DNA of 59,224 nucleotides from a virus (taxonomy: Duplodnaviria; Caudoviricetes), in the IMG/VR virus record IMGVR_UViG_3300042309_002053, positions 1-59,224 of that record, one strand, 5' to 3'. The notes below the pieces were generated by a model. It searched no databases. It was not told the origin of the DNA and saw only the letters and a list, made by a program, of their open reading frames with translations. Positions 1-8,137 of this stretch are shown one piece after another. Within the stretch, counting starts at the first letter, position 1, and every line of letters starts with the position of its first letter. Both the position numbers and the translations under genes were made by a program.

Positions 1-568
1 CGCGTATTGGGATGATGGTTTTACTAGATCCGAGCTCGACAAGCTTCAAGCTATCGCCCTGGAGGCGCAGCAAGACGCTATCGTCGGTTACTCTAACGAT
101 TCAGGTGATACGGGTAGATTAGATCAAGATGTTAGAAGATCTAAAGTAAAATGGCTTTTAAGAAATGATGAGAATAGTTGGGTTTATCAAAAACTGGGTA
201 CAATAATAAGTAATTTAAACTTTTACTATTTTAGATTCGATATACAGGGGTTCGGTGAAGATATACAAATGACCAGTTATGATAGTAATATCCGTGGTAT
301 GTACAACTGGCATATAGATAATGCAGAAGGTTCAGGTGCTCCTTCACCGGTGCGTAAGCTGTCTGTTGTTATGCAACTTTCAGAACCCGGTGAGTACGAA
401 GGGGGAGACCTACAAATTCTTCATACTTCAGATGTCCCTATCACGTTAGAAAAAAAACGCGGTAGGGTATTTATTTTCCCTTCTTATAAAATTCATAGAG
501 TTACTCCGGTAACCATAGGTAGCAGACAGTCACTTGTTTGCTGGTTAACAGGCCCTGCTTTGAGGTAA
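1..568 (+). CDS. 2OG-Fe(II) oxygenase (PKHD/P4H-like), 5'-truncated by window
   Basis: Frame is open from base 2 (AYWDDGF...DVRRSKVKW) into the tracked ORF 269-568; WHID...RKLSVVMQLS...YEGGDL...FPSYKIHRVTPV..GSRQSLVCW is the HxD...H...R signature. Confidence 0.88.
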   Translation, partial: AYWDDGFTRSELDKLQAIALEAQQDAIVGYSNDSGDTGRLDQDVRRSKVKWLLRNDENSWVYQKLGTIISNLNFYYFRFDIQGFGEDIQMTSYDSNIRGMYNWHIDNAEGSGAPSPVRKLSVVMQLSEPGEYEGGDLQILHTSDVPITLEKKRGRVFIFPSYKIHRVTPVTIGSRQSLVCWLTGPALR

Positions 569-570
569 AC

Positions 571-1221
571 ATGTCTACTGACACTATAGATATTAAAGAT
601 ACTGAAACCGAAATTTCTGTAACACACTATGATGATTTTATAAGTGTTTATAAGAATGTATACCCTGAGGGGTTTTGTGCTCACATGATTGGTGAGTTTG
701 AAAGATTAATTAATTCTGGTGCAGGGTGGAAGCGTGATGATATGCACCATGTGAAATCCGATACAGCTCTTTCAATAATACCTACCATACACGTACTTGC
801 CCCGTTTAAAAATTTATACCCAATGGATGGTTTTTTTAGACGGCTTCAGGTTGCATACGATAATTATAGTAACAAGTATACATATCTTAAAACTATAAAG
901 ACCTCTACAACCAATTGCAAGATTCAACGTACTGATCCTTCCGAGGGCTATCACATTTGGCACGCAGAGGCTGGCCCGTTTAACAATAAAGACTATACGG
1001 CATACGAAAGAAGGGCGGTGGTTTTTAGTTTGTATTTAAATACTCTGGATTCTAGTACTGAAGGTGGGGAGACTGAATTTTTATATCAGAGAAGAAGAAT
1101 ACCAGCAGTTGAAAACACCTTAGTACTCTGGCCAGCTTCTTATACACACATGCATAGAGGTAATGCGGTTCTTGGATCAAAATCAAAATATATTATAACT
1201 GGATGGTTTTATTATGGTTAA
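571..1221 (+). CDS. 2OG-Fe(II) oxygenase
   Basis: GYHIWHAE, YLN, EGGETEF, WPASYTHMHRGN, KYIITGW; ATG 571 follows GAGG. Confidence 0.88.
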   Translation: MSTDTIDIKDTETEISVTHYDDFISVYKNVYPEGFCAHMIGEFERLINSGAGWKRDDMHHVKSDTALSIIPTIHVLAPFKNLYPMDGFFRRLQVAYDNYSNKYTYLKTIKTSTTNCKIQRTDPSEGYHIWHAEAGPFNNKDYTAYERRAVVFSLYLNTLDSSTEGGETEFLYQRRRIPAVENTLVLWPASYTHMHRGNAVLGSKSKYIITGWFYYG

Positions 1222-1792
1222 TGAATTTAATAATACGGGTTATGTTGTTGTGAGAAATTTTGTTGATGAAGCAACAATTCAAACCATTTCTAGATACATG
1301 GAAAACAAAATTGTTAGAGGTGAATGGGGACCGAATTACAGTGAGCCCGTTACTAGATATTCCTATTATGCTGATCCTTTAATAGAAGTAATGCTTAGAA
1401 ACTCAACGTCGGAAGTAGAAAAAATGGTAGGTGAGGAGCTTTTTCCTACCTATTCATATTCAAGAATATACTTAGAGGGTGAAGAATTAGAAAAGCATGT
1501 AGATAGGCCTTCTTGCGAGGTTAGTGTGACTATTAATGTTGCGTCTACCGGGGAAAATAGCCCTATCTATATGAAGTATCCAGGCAGGGATGCTAATAAA
1601 TACTATTTAAATCCAGGTGATGCTGTAATTTATCAGGGGTGTGTGGTGGAACACTGGAGAGATAAATTAGAGAAAAATCAAATGAATGTCCAATTCATGC
1701 TTCACTATGTAAAAAAGAACGGACCTAATAGCGGGTTTGCGCTAGACAGAAGAGAGAAATTAGGTCAAAATAGTAATGTTAGAAAAAAGTAA
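1214..1792 (+). CDS. 2OG-Fe(II) oxygenase-like protein
   Basis: PTYSYSRIY, LEKHVDRPSCEVSVT, PGDAVIYQG..EHWR, QFMLHYV. Confidence 0.8.
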   Translation: MVNEFNNTGYVVVRNFVDEATIQTISRYMENKIVRGEWGPNYSEPVTRYSYYADPLIEVMLRNSTSEVEKMVGEELFPTYSYSRIYLEGEELEKHVDRPSCEVSVTINVASTGENSPIYMKYPGRDANKYYLNPGDAVIYQGCVVEHWRDKLEKNQMNVQFMLHYVKKNGPNSGFALDRREKLGQNSNVRKK

Positions 1793-1810
1793 TAAAAAAA
1801 CGGAGCTATT

Positions 1811-3061
1811 ATGCCTATAGGTGCAGGTAAGGTAGGTTTATTCGGCGGTAAAGTAATCGTACCAGCTGGTTCGCAGACTTTTAACTCATCAGGTACTTTT
1901 ACTGTACCCCTTGGTGTTTGTAAGGTTTATGTCGTCGGTAAGGGTGGTAACGGTACCCCGGGTAACCCTGGTAATGCAGGTGTTAACGGAACAGGAGGCC
2001 ATGGGGGATGTGCCGGTACCCCTGGTAATCCGGGTACTGGTGCAAGCGGTACAGGGCCTGGCGGTGGCGGCGGTGGTGGTGCCGGCGGTGCAGTTGTAAA
2101 TCAATTTTATAGTAACCCAGTGTGGGGTGGTCCTCAGGTATGGAACCATGGAGGAGACGGCCAAGGTGGGCTTCCAGGTACACCATCTCAAGCTGGATAC
2201 GCCGGAGGTGGCGGGCATAGCGGGTCTTGTGTTGGTTATGGCGGAACCCCGGGTTCCTCTGGACAAACATGGGGTTCAGGATCTCACGGCACACCAGGTA
2301 ACCCGGGTACTCCAGGTAGCCCGGGTAACTCTGGGCATGGGGGAAACCCAGGCAATTCGGGTAGCAGCGGTGGCACATCTGCAGCATTAGGGTTCAATTT
2401 TGCCGGTGGTACTGGTGGTACCGGTGGTACTGGTGGGTCTGCTGGTAACCCGGGTAATCCCGGTAACGCTGGCCACAGAGGTTATGGTGGCGGCCCTGGC
2501 CAGCTCGGAACAAGCGGGACAGGTGGTGGTGGCGGTGGTAATGCTAGAGGGGGTCACCCCGGTTGGCCTAGTTACCCCGTATGCTGCAGAGCAGGTCCCG
2601 TATCAGGTGGCTATAATCCCGGTAGCGGTGGTTGGGGCGCTCAAGGTGGGCAACCGGGTAACTCAGGTAACGGTGCAAGCTGGTGTACCGGTGGTACCGG
2701 TGGTACTGGTGGTACTAGCGCAGGGGGCAGTTGGCACGGCCGAGGTGGCGACGGCGGCAACGGTATATCTGGATATCAAGCTACTACTTTGCCTGGTCCG
2801 TGGTCTAGACCGGCTAATACTGCTGGGGGCGGTGGAGGTGGTGGTGGGGGTCACGGTCACGCCGCTGGTAGCGGGAGTGGTGCAGCTTCAGGTAATCCCG
2901 GTAGCCCAGGTACCGGTGCTACTTCAGGTAACCCAGGCAACTCCGGTAATAATGCTTCCCCATCGACACAGAATTGTATATCTGTAACCCCGGGTGGTAC
3001 ATATTCTGTAACCGTAGGAAGCCCTGGAGGGCAAGTAACCATAGGATGGAATACACAATAA
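1811..3061 (+). CDS. Glycine-rich virion/fibre protein with G-x-P triplets and poly-Gly runs
   Basis: QTFNSSGTFTVP at N-terminus and SVTPGGTYSVTVG at C-terminus flank GNPGTPGSP-type triplets and GGGGGG runs; GGAG RBS; lies before a tail chaperone gene. Confidence 0.7.
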   Translation: MPIGAGKVGLFGGKVIVPAGSQTFNSSGTFTVPLGVCKVYVVGKGGNGTPGNPGNAGVNGTGGHGGCAGTPGNPGTGASGTGPGGGGGGGAGGAVVNQFYSNPVWGGPQVWNHGGDGQGGLPGTPSQAGYAGGGGHSGSCVGYGGTPGSSGQTWGSGSHGTPGNPGTPGSPGNSGHGGNPGNSGSSGGTSAALGFNFAGGTGGTGGTGGSAGNPGNPGNAGHRGYGGGPGQLGTSGTGGGGGGNARGGHPGWPSYPVCCRAGPVSGGYNPGSGGWGAQGGQPGNSGNGASWCTGGTGGTGGTSAGGSWHGRGGDGGNGISGYQATTLPGPWSRPANTAGGGGGGGGGHGHAAGSGSGAASGNPGSPGTGATSGNPGNSGNNASPSTQNCISVTPGGTYSVTVGSPGGQVTIGWNTQ

Positions 3062-3534
3062 TGAACGATAAAAAACTTGAAGAGATGTCTTTAGAAGAAA
3101 AAGTAGAACATTATGAACTTTTAATGAGAGAAAAAGATGCAATATACCAGCTAATGTCAAAAGAAAGTGATTTTTCTAGAGCTAGATCATTCACGGTAGG
3201 TTCAGGCATAGGTGGTGTGGTTGATATTAACATGAGAGGCCCTGATGGAAAATCTCTTCATCATTTTATTCAGCCGGTTGAGGTATCCGAGTTAATACAT
3301 ACCCTAGCGGCAACTATTGGTTGTTATGTAGCTTTAAGGCCTAGAGAAGATTTTACTGCATGGCGGAATTGGACTCTTAAGCCAGAAGAGAGAGAGCTTC
3401 TTTTTAATGACCCTGCTTATGTTGCCCAGCTTGTAAATACAGGAAAACTCGGATTAGAACATAATAATAATGGAAAAAGCATAAATATTCATGAGATACC
3501 TGCGCAAGGTCTACCAGTAAAAGACGAAAATTAA
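3061..3534 (+). CDS. hypothetical protein
   Basis: ATG 3061 overlaps the previous stop (TAATG); 157 aa. Confidence 0.7.
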   Translation: MNDKKLEEMSLEEKVEHYELLMREKDAIYQLMSKESDFSRARSFTVGSGIGGVVDINMRGPDGKSLHHFIQPVEVSELIHTLAATIGCYVALRPREDFTAWRNWTLKPEERELLFNDPAYVAQLVNTGKLGLEHNNNGKSINIHEIPAQGLPVKDEN

Positions 3535-3545
3535 CGGGAGCTAGA

Positions 3546-3986
3546 ATGTCAGCAAAGCTTTGGCAATTAAAGCAAATTTCAACCGGTGAGCCATTAAACG
3601 AACCTCAACTGTTACCGAACAATTGGGGACCTATTTTTGGAATGGAAGGGTTTAAAGATCAATTAGGGGATCTTTCTTGGTTAGGAATGGATGACAAGGG
3701 GTGGTTTATAGTTGGGGATGCTCCTCCACCGCCTCCTCCGCCCGAGCCAGAACCTGGTCCCCCAGCACCTTCAGCTCCGGAACCAGAGCAGTTTGACCCT
3801 GTATCTCATAGACTTAAACTTCTTAGAGATTCTGATTGGGTGGTTCTACCCGATGTACCTATGACATCAACAGAAAGACATGCATGGGAAGAATACAGAA
3901 GAAGTCTGAGAGATTTAACCCTTGACGTTGAATGGCCTAATGTTACTAGTTGGCCAGCGCCGCCAAATAGATTGTTATACAAGTAA
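3546..3986 (+). CDS. Phage tail fibre assembly chaperone-like protein with poly-Pro linker
   Basis: C-terminal LLRDSDW..LPDVP...AWEEYRRSLRDL...WPAPP motif typical of phage tail assembly chaperones; GGAG RBS. Confidence 0.75.
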   Translation: MSAKLWQLKQISTGEPLNEPQLLPNNWGPIFGMEGFKDQLGDLSWLGMDDKGWFIVGDAPPPPPPPEPEPGPPAPSAPEPEQFDPVSHRLKLLRDSDWVVLPDVPMTSTERHAWEEYRRSLRDLTLDVEWPNVTSWPAPPNRLLYK

Positions 3987-3988
3987 CT

Positions 3989-4015
3989 AAAGGCCTCATT
4001 AAGAGGCCTTTTTTT
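3989..4015 (+). terminator. Rho-independent terminator
   Basis: AAAGGCCTC-ATTAA-GAGGCCTTT followed by a T-run. Confidence 0.85.
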
Positions 4016-4022
4016 ATAAATA
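4015..4022 (+). promoter_or_regulatory. T4-type late promoter
   Basis: Exact TATAAATA upstream of the structural gene block; gp55 is encoded in this window. Confidence 0.85.
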
Positions 4023-4041
4023 TTGTCATTGGGGGGACTCG

Positions 4042-4374
4042 ATGGCAGCTATTTCAAATTTATCGATCGATCAAGGCGCAACATTTTCAGTTACCATTGG
4101 TGTAACAGATACTACGGGTTCGCCTAGAGATTTGACCGGTTATACCGGAAGAGCTCAGCTTCGTAGATCTTACTACACAAATTCTAACACAGCCTTTTCG
4201 GTAACTATAAACCCTATAGATGGGGAAGTGGTACTTGCTCTTACAGCAGCTAATACCACGTTACTGAAATCCGGTCGTTATGTTTATGATTTGGAGCTGG
4301 TAAATAACTCCACATTAGAAGTTGAGCGTATTGTTGAGGGAATAATTACAGTTTATCCGGAAGTTACAAAATGA
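4042..4374 (+). CDS. Putative virion structural protein (small beta-sandwich, BppU-like)
   Basis: NLSIDQGATF...DLTGYTGRAQLRRSY...GRYVYDL..RIVEGIITVYPEVT pattern common in T4-like myoviruses. Confidence 0.65.
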   Translation: MAAISNLSIDQGATFSVTIGVTDTTGSPRDLTGYTGRAQLRRSYYTNSNTAFSVTINPIDGEVVLALTAANTTLLKSGRYVYDLELVNNSTLEVERIVEGIITVYPEVTK

Positions 4375-4586
4375 CAAATAGAATCACAGTTGTTCAAGGC
4401 TCACAGAGTACCGGTTCCGTTGTAGTTAAGAAAGCAGATAATTTAACGCTTCAAGGTTTAACTAACGTTGTGTCGACTGATTTACAGGATGGATATACAC
4501 TAGTCTATGACTCTGAAACGAAAAAATGGGTAACTCAGCCGGTCTCCGGTGGTTCCATTGCCTCAGTTGATGGTGGTACATATTAA
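4371..4586 (+). CDS. Small fibre-associated protein
   Basis: LTNVVSTDLQDGYTLVYD...KW, ends VDGGTY; ATGA overlap. Confidence 0.6.
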   Translation: MTNRITVVQGSQSTGSVVVKKADNLTLQGLTNVVSTDLQDGYTLVYDSETKKWVTQPVSGGSIASVDGGTY

Positions 4587-4608
4587 AAATTACTAAAAAA
4601 GGGTTACC

Positions 4609-7284
4609 ATGTCAACAGTAATTCAGATTAAAAGATCAGCTAATGTAGCAGCTCCTACAACGCTTGATCTTTTAGAAGGCGAATTAGCCTATTCCTATGA
4701 TAAAGCAAATAACGGCGCCAATGCAAAACTATACATAGAAGCTGTTGATTCTGGCAATGGTGAAGTAATCCATACTATCGGTGGTAAGTATTATACCGAT
4801 AAAGTAGATGCTGCAACGAACAGCGCTACACCTAACACTTTAGTTCAGCGGGATGCAAACGGTAGTTTCTCTGCTAATAATATCACTGCAACCACTATTA
4901 ACGGTACAATTGTTGGTTCGTTAAGTGGACAAGCTTCATCTGCTGTTATTGCTAATACAGCTAACGCATTAACTACCGGTAGATATATTAATCTTTCTGG
5001 TGATGTTTCCGGCTCAGCTTACTTTGACGGTACAGGCAATGCCGAGATTAGCGCAACAGTTATTCAAACCAACTCTGTTGCTCTGGGTACTGATACAACT
5101 GGTGATTATGTTGCTAACGTTTTAGCCGGTACCGGTATTGAAGTTACCGGGCAAGGCGGTGAGACTGCTACGCCTACTGTTGCTCTTACAAATACTGGTG
5201 TCACAGCTAACACCTACGGTGGGGTAAGTCAGGTTACTTCCTTTACAGTAGATGCTCAAGGTAGAATTACTGCAGCTGCAAATCTTGGTATTGGTTCTTT
5301 CCTTACCGCAGATAATACCGCTACTTTATCAAATAAGACATTTGATACTGCTAATAACACCTTAAGAGTTAATGGTAATCAAATTTCCAGTTATACTGGT
5401 TCTGGCAGCACTGTTGTTCTTGATAGTATGCCAACCCTTAACGGGTTTAATATTAGAAATTCCGACCTCACGGTAGATGGGGGCACAGGGACTTTCTGGG
5501 CTGGTCAATCTGGTGTAGTACAATCTGGTGATCTAAAAGCGGGTGTTTACGCTACGGATCCTTCCGCTAATAATTCATTATTCACATTCGGTACCAATGG
5601 CTCAAATTTCATGAGCGTTGGGGTTGAAGGTAGTTTATTCGTTGGTACGGCTTTACCTTCTAATAGCGGTGGTTTAAATTCTAGCTACGCCGGCTGGTTA
5701 GTTGTTCAGTCGGGCGGTAAGTTCGGTGGAGATATCGACACGCTCGGTGGGCTTAACCTTACAGATGCTACCAGTGGTAAAATTACTTTCTCTGATGGAA
5801 CAATTCAGAGAACCGCTTACACATCTAATCACCTAACAACCGCTAACGTTGTTGAATTAACAAACTTATACTTTACCAATGCTAGAGCGAGAGCCGCTCT
5901 AACTAGCGGTAATACTATTGCGTATGATACCGCTACTGGTAATATTACACTAACACCAAGCGGTGTAGTAGCTTCTACTTATGGTGGTCAGAGCTCTGTA
6001 CCTACATTTACAGTTGATGAATTTGGTAGAATTACATCTGCCGCTAACGTTTCTGTACTGACTTCAATTACTCTGGGGGCTGACTCGGGTACAGCTGATA
6101 CCCTTTCTAATAACGATACGCTAAGAGTACTTGGTGGATCTGGTATTGATACCAGCGTAACCGATAATACCATTACGGTTTCTATTGAGACGTCTGGTGT
6201 TACAGCTGATACATACGGTGGTGCTTCTAAGATACCTGTTATAACAATTGATTCGTTAGGTAGAATTACTTCTGCTGCTAACGTATCTGTAGCAGGTGTC
6301 TCAAGCTTTACAGCTACAGGCAATACCTTTACCATATCTACGGCTGACGGTGGTTCGTTCTCGGCTTCTATTCAACATGACTCTGTTCGTCTTGGAACAG
6401 ATACTACCGGCGATTTCTTATCTAACGTAATTGCTGGTACTGGTATTACCATTACAAACCAGGGTGGTGAAGGCGCTACACCTACTATTACTAACGCGGG
6501 TGTTGTAACCCTAACAGGTACAGCTAACGAGATTGAAGTATCTGCTTCAACCGGTAGCGTAACTATTGGTCTGCCAGACAATGTTACAATTAATAAAGAC
6601 CTATCTGTTTCAGGTAACCTGTACGTTACTGGTAACGTAGTCGCACTACCGGTTGAAAACTTAGTTATCGAAGACTCGTTAATTCAATTAGCCAATAATA
6701 ACATATCAGCTGATATTATCGATATTGGTTTCTATGGAAGCTACAATACAGGCGGTGGTGATCATGAGCATGCTGGTCTATTCAGAGATGCTTCAGATGG
6801 AAAGTTCAAGCTATTCGAAGGTCTACAGGGTCAGGATAACTTAACTTCTACTATCAACATTACTGGTACAGGTTATAAAGTTGCAACCTTGGTTGCTGAC
6901 CTGCTAGCTTCTAATGCTAATGTAACCACAGCATTAACTTTCGGTAATGAAAATCACAAGATTTTACCGCTTTCTTCTAGCATTTTAGAAGTGAGAGGTG
7001 GTGTTGGTGATGCTGCAGGTGCTTTGTCTCTTGCTGCTGGTGACTACCCAACTTCATATTCTAAGATTTATCTTGAGTCTGCTAAGAAGATTACAGCCCA
7101 GGCTGATGAATTCTATGTAACTCTATTCAATGACGGTAATACAAAACTTGTAACAATGAACACCACACATACCATAGCTACTTCTAATACCAATGGTGCA
7201 TTAAGAGTTGCAGGTGGTGCTGGGTTTACAGGCGATGTATATGCCGCTTCCTTCCATGGTTATATCGACGGTGGAGTATATTAA
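4609..7284 (+). CDS. Long tail fibre-like protein
   Basis: 891 aa, Thr/Gly/Asn-rich; N-terminal IQIKRS..GELAY; three TYGG..TVD..GRIT.AAN repeats; two LGTDTTGD..AGTGI repeats; ends IDGGVY. Confidence 0.75.
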   Translation: MSTVIQIKRSANVAAPTTLDLLEGELAYSYDKANNGANAKLYIEAVDSGNGEVIHTIGGKYYTDKVDAATNSATPNTLVQRDANGSFSANNITATTINGTIVGSLSGQASSAVIANTANALTTGRYINLSGDVSGSAYFDGTGNAEISATVIQTNSVALGTDTTGDYVANVLAGTGIEVTGQGGETATPTVALTNTGVTANTYGGVSQVTSFTVDAQGRITAAANLGIGSFLTADNTATLSNKTFDTANNTLRVNGNQISSYTGSGSTVVLDSMPTLNGFNIRNSDLTVDGGTGTFWAGQSGVVQSGDLKAGVYATDPSANNSLFTFGTNGSNFMSVGVEGSLFVGTALPSNSGGLNSSYAGWLVVQSGGKFGGDIDTLGGLNLTDATSGKITFSDGTIQRTAYTSNHLTTANVVELTNLYFTNARARAALTSGNTIAYDTATGNITLTPSGVVASTYGGQSSVPTFTVDEFGRITSAANVSVLTSITLGADSGTADTLSNNDTLRVLGGSGIDTSVTDNTITVSIETSGVTADTYGGASKIPVITIDSLGRITSAANVSVAGVSSFTATGNTFTISTADGGSFSASIQHDSVRLGTDTTGDFLSNVIAGTGITITNQGGEGATPTITNAGVVTLTGTANEIEVSASTGSVTIGLPDNVTINKDLSVSGNLYVTGNVVALPVENLVIEDSLIQLANNNISADIIDIGFYGSYNTGGGDHEHAGLFRDASDGKFKLFEGLQGQDNLTSTINITGTGYKVATLVADLLASNANVTTALTFGNENHKILPLSSSILEVRGGVGDAAGALSLAAGDYPTSYSKIYLESAKKITAQADEFYVTLFNDGNTKLVTMNTTHTIATSNTNGALRVAGGAGFTGDVYAASFHGYIDGGVY

Positions 7285-7292
7285 GAGATTTT

Positions 7293-7487
7293 ATGGAAAT
7301 TGATAAGGCTAAACTGCTAAATACCATTATTGACAGATCTAATGCTAAATTAGGAGAGCTGCAACAACAAGTGATTCTTTTAGAGTCCCAGTTGCAGCTA
7401 GTCCTAGAAGCCAATACAACTCTTAAGAAGCAATTAGATGACACGGTAGAAAAAGCAAAGAAAAAAGACAATAAAACAGATTATTAA
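7293..7487 (+). CDS. Small coiled-coil protein
   Basis: Heptad-rich 64 aa ORF within the fibre operon. Confidence 0.6.
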   Translation: MEIDKAKLLNTIIDRSNAKLGELQQQVILLESQLQLVLEANTTLKKQLDDTVEKAKKKDNKTDY

Positions 7488-7534
7488 CAAGTTATATAAC
7501 TTGTTTTTAGCTACATAGCAAAGGTTTGAGCCAG

Positions 7535-8125
7535 ATGGCAAGCGTCGTACAGTTAAAAAGATCTTCTGTATCAGGTAGAATCCCTGATGCTGCTAATGTC
7601 GAGGTTGGTGAACCAGTCATCAACCTTGCTGATCAAATTATCTTCACAAAAGATGGGTCAGGTACCGTAAAGGTTATAGGTGCTGGTACTACGTCTAACA
7701 TCTCCGAAGGTACAAACCAATACTTTACCAATGCAAGAGTTATAACTGCGGTTCAGAACAACTCTATTACAAATGCTAATATTGGTAATCTTGTAGCTAA
7801 CTATACTCTTACCCTAGGTAACCCTAATACCACGGGTTATAGATTCCCAACATCCGACGGATTACCTTTACAGATATTACAAACCGATGGAAACGGACAG
7901 GTAAGCTTTGTTAATTTAGATCAGGCTTCCGGTGGCGGTTATTCTGTAAGTACGCTAGTTGAATTCCCAGGGTCCGCCGGTAATGTTGATTACGGGGCTG
8001 ACGAGGCTTTCGTAGGGGCATCAACCACAGGGTTATCTGATGCTTTCGGGGTATCATTAGGTGCTGTATATGACAATATGGAACCTATTGGAAGAATGGT
8101 TGAAGAAGATTTAGAAGCAGCTTAA
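7535..8125 (+). CDS. Fibre-associated structural protein
   Basis: N-terminal VVQLKRSSV..GEPVINLAD; ISEGTNQYFTNAR and FPTSDG..QILQTDGNG fibre motifs. Confidence 0.65.
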   Translation: MASVVQLKRSSVSGRIPDAANVEVGEPVINLADQIIFTKDGSGTVKVIGAGTTSNISEGTNQYFTNARVITAVQNNSITNANIGNLVANYTLTLGNPNTTGYRFPTSDGLPLQILQTDGNGQVSFVNLDQASGGGYSVSTLVEFPGSAGNVDYGADEAFVGASTTGLSDAFGVSLGAVYDNMEPIGRMVEEDLEAA

Positions 8126-8137
8126 TAAGGAAGAGAA

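Noticed and set aside
1889-2987. Alternative-frame and antisense ORFs over the Gly-rich gene
   Set aside because: By-products of GGN codon repeats; no RBS or protein-like composition
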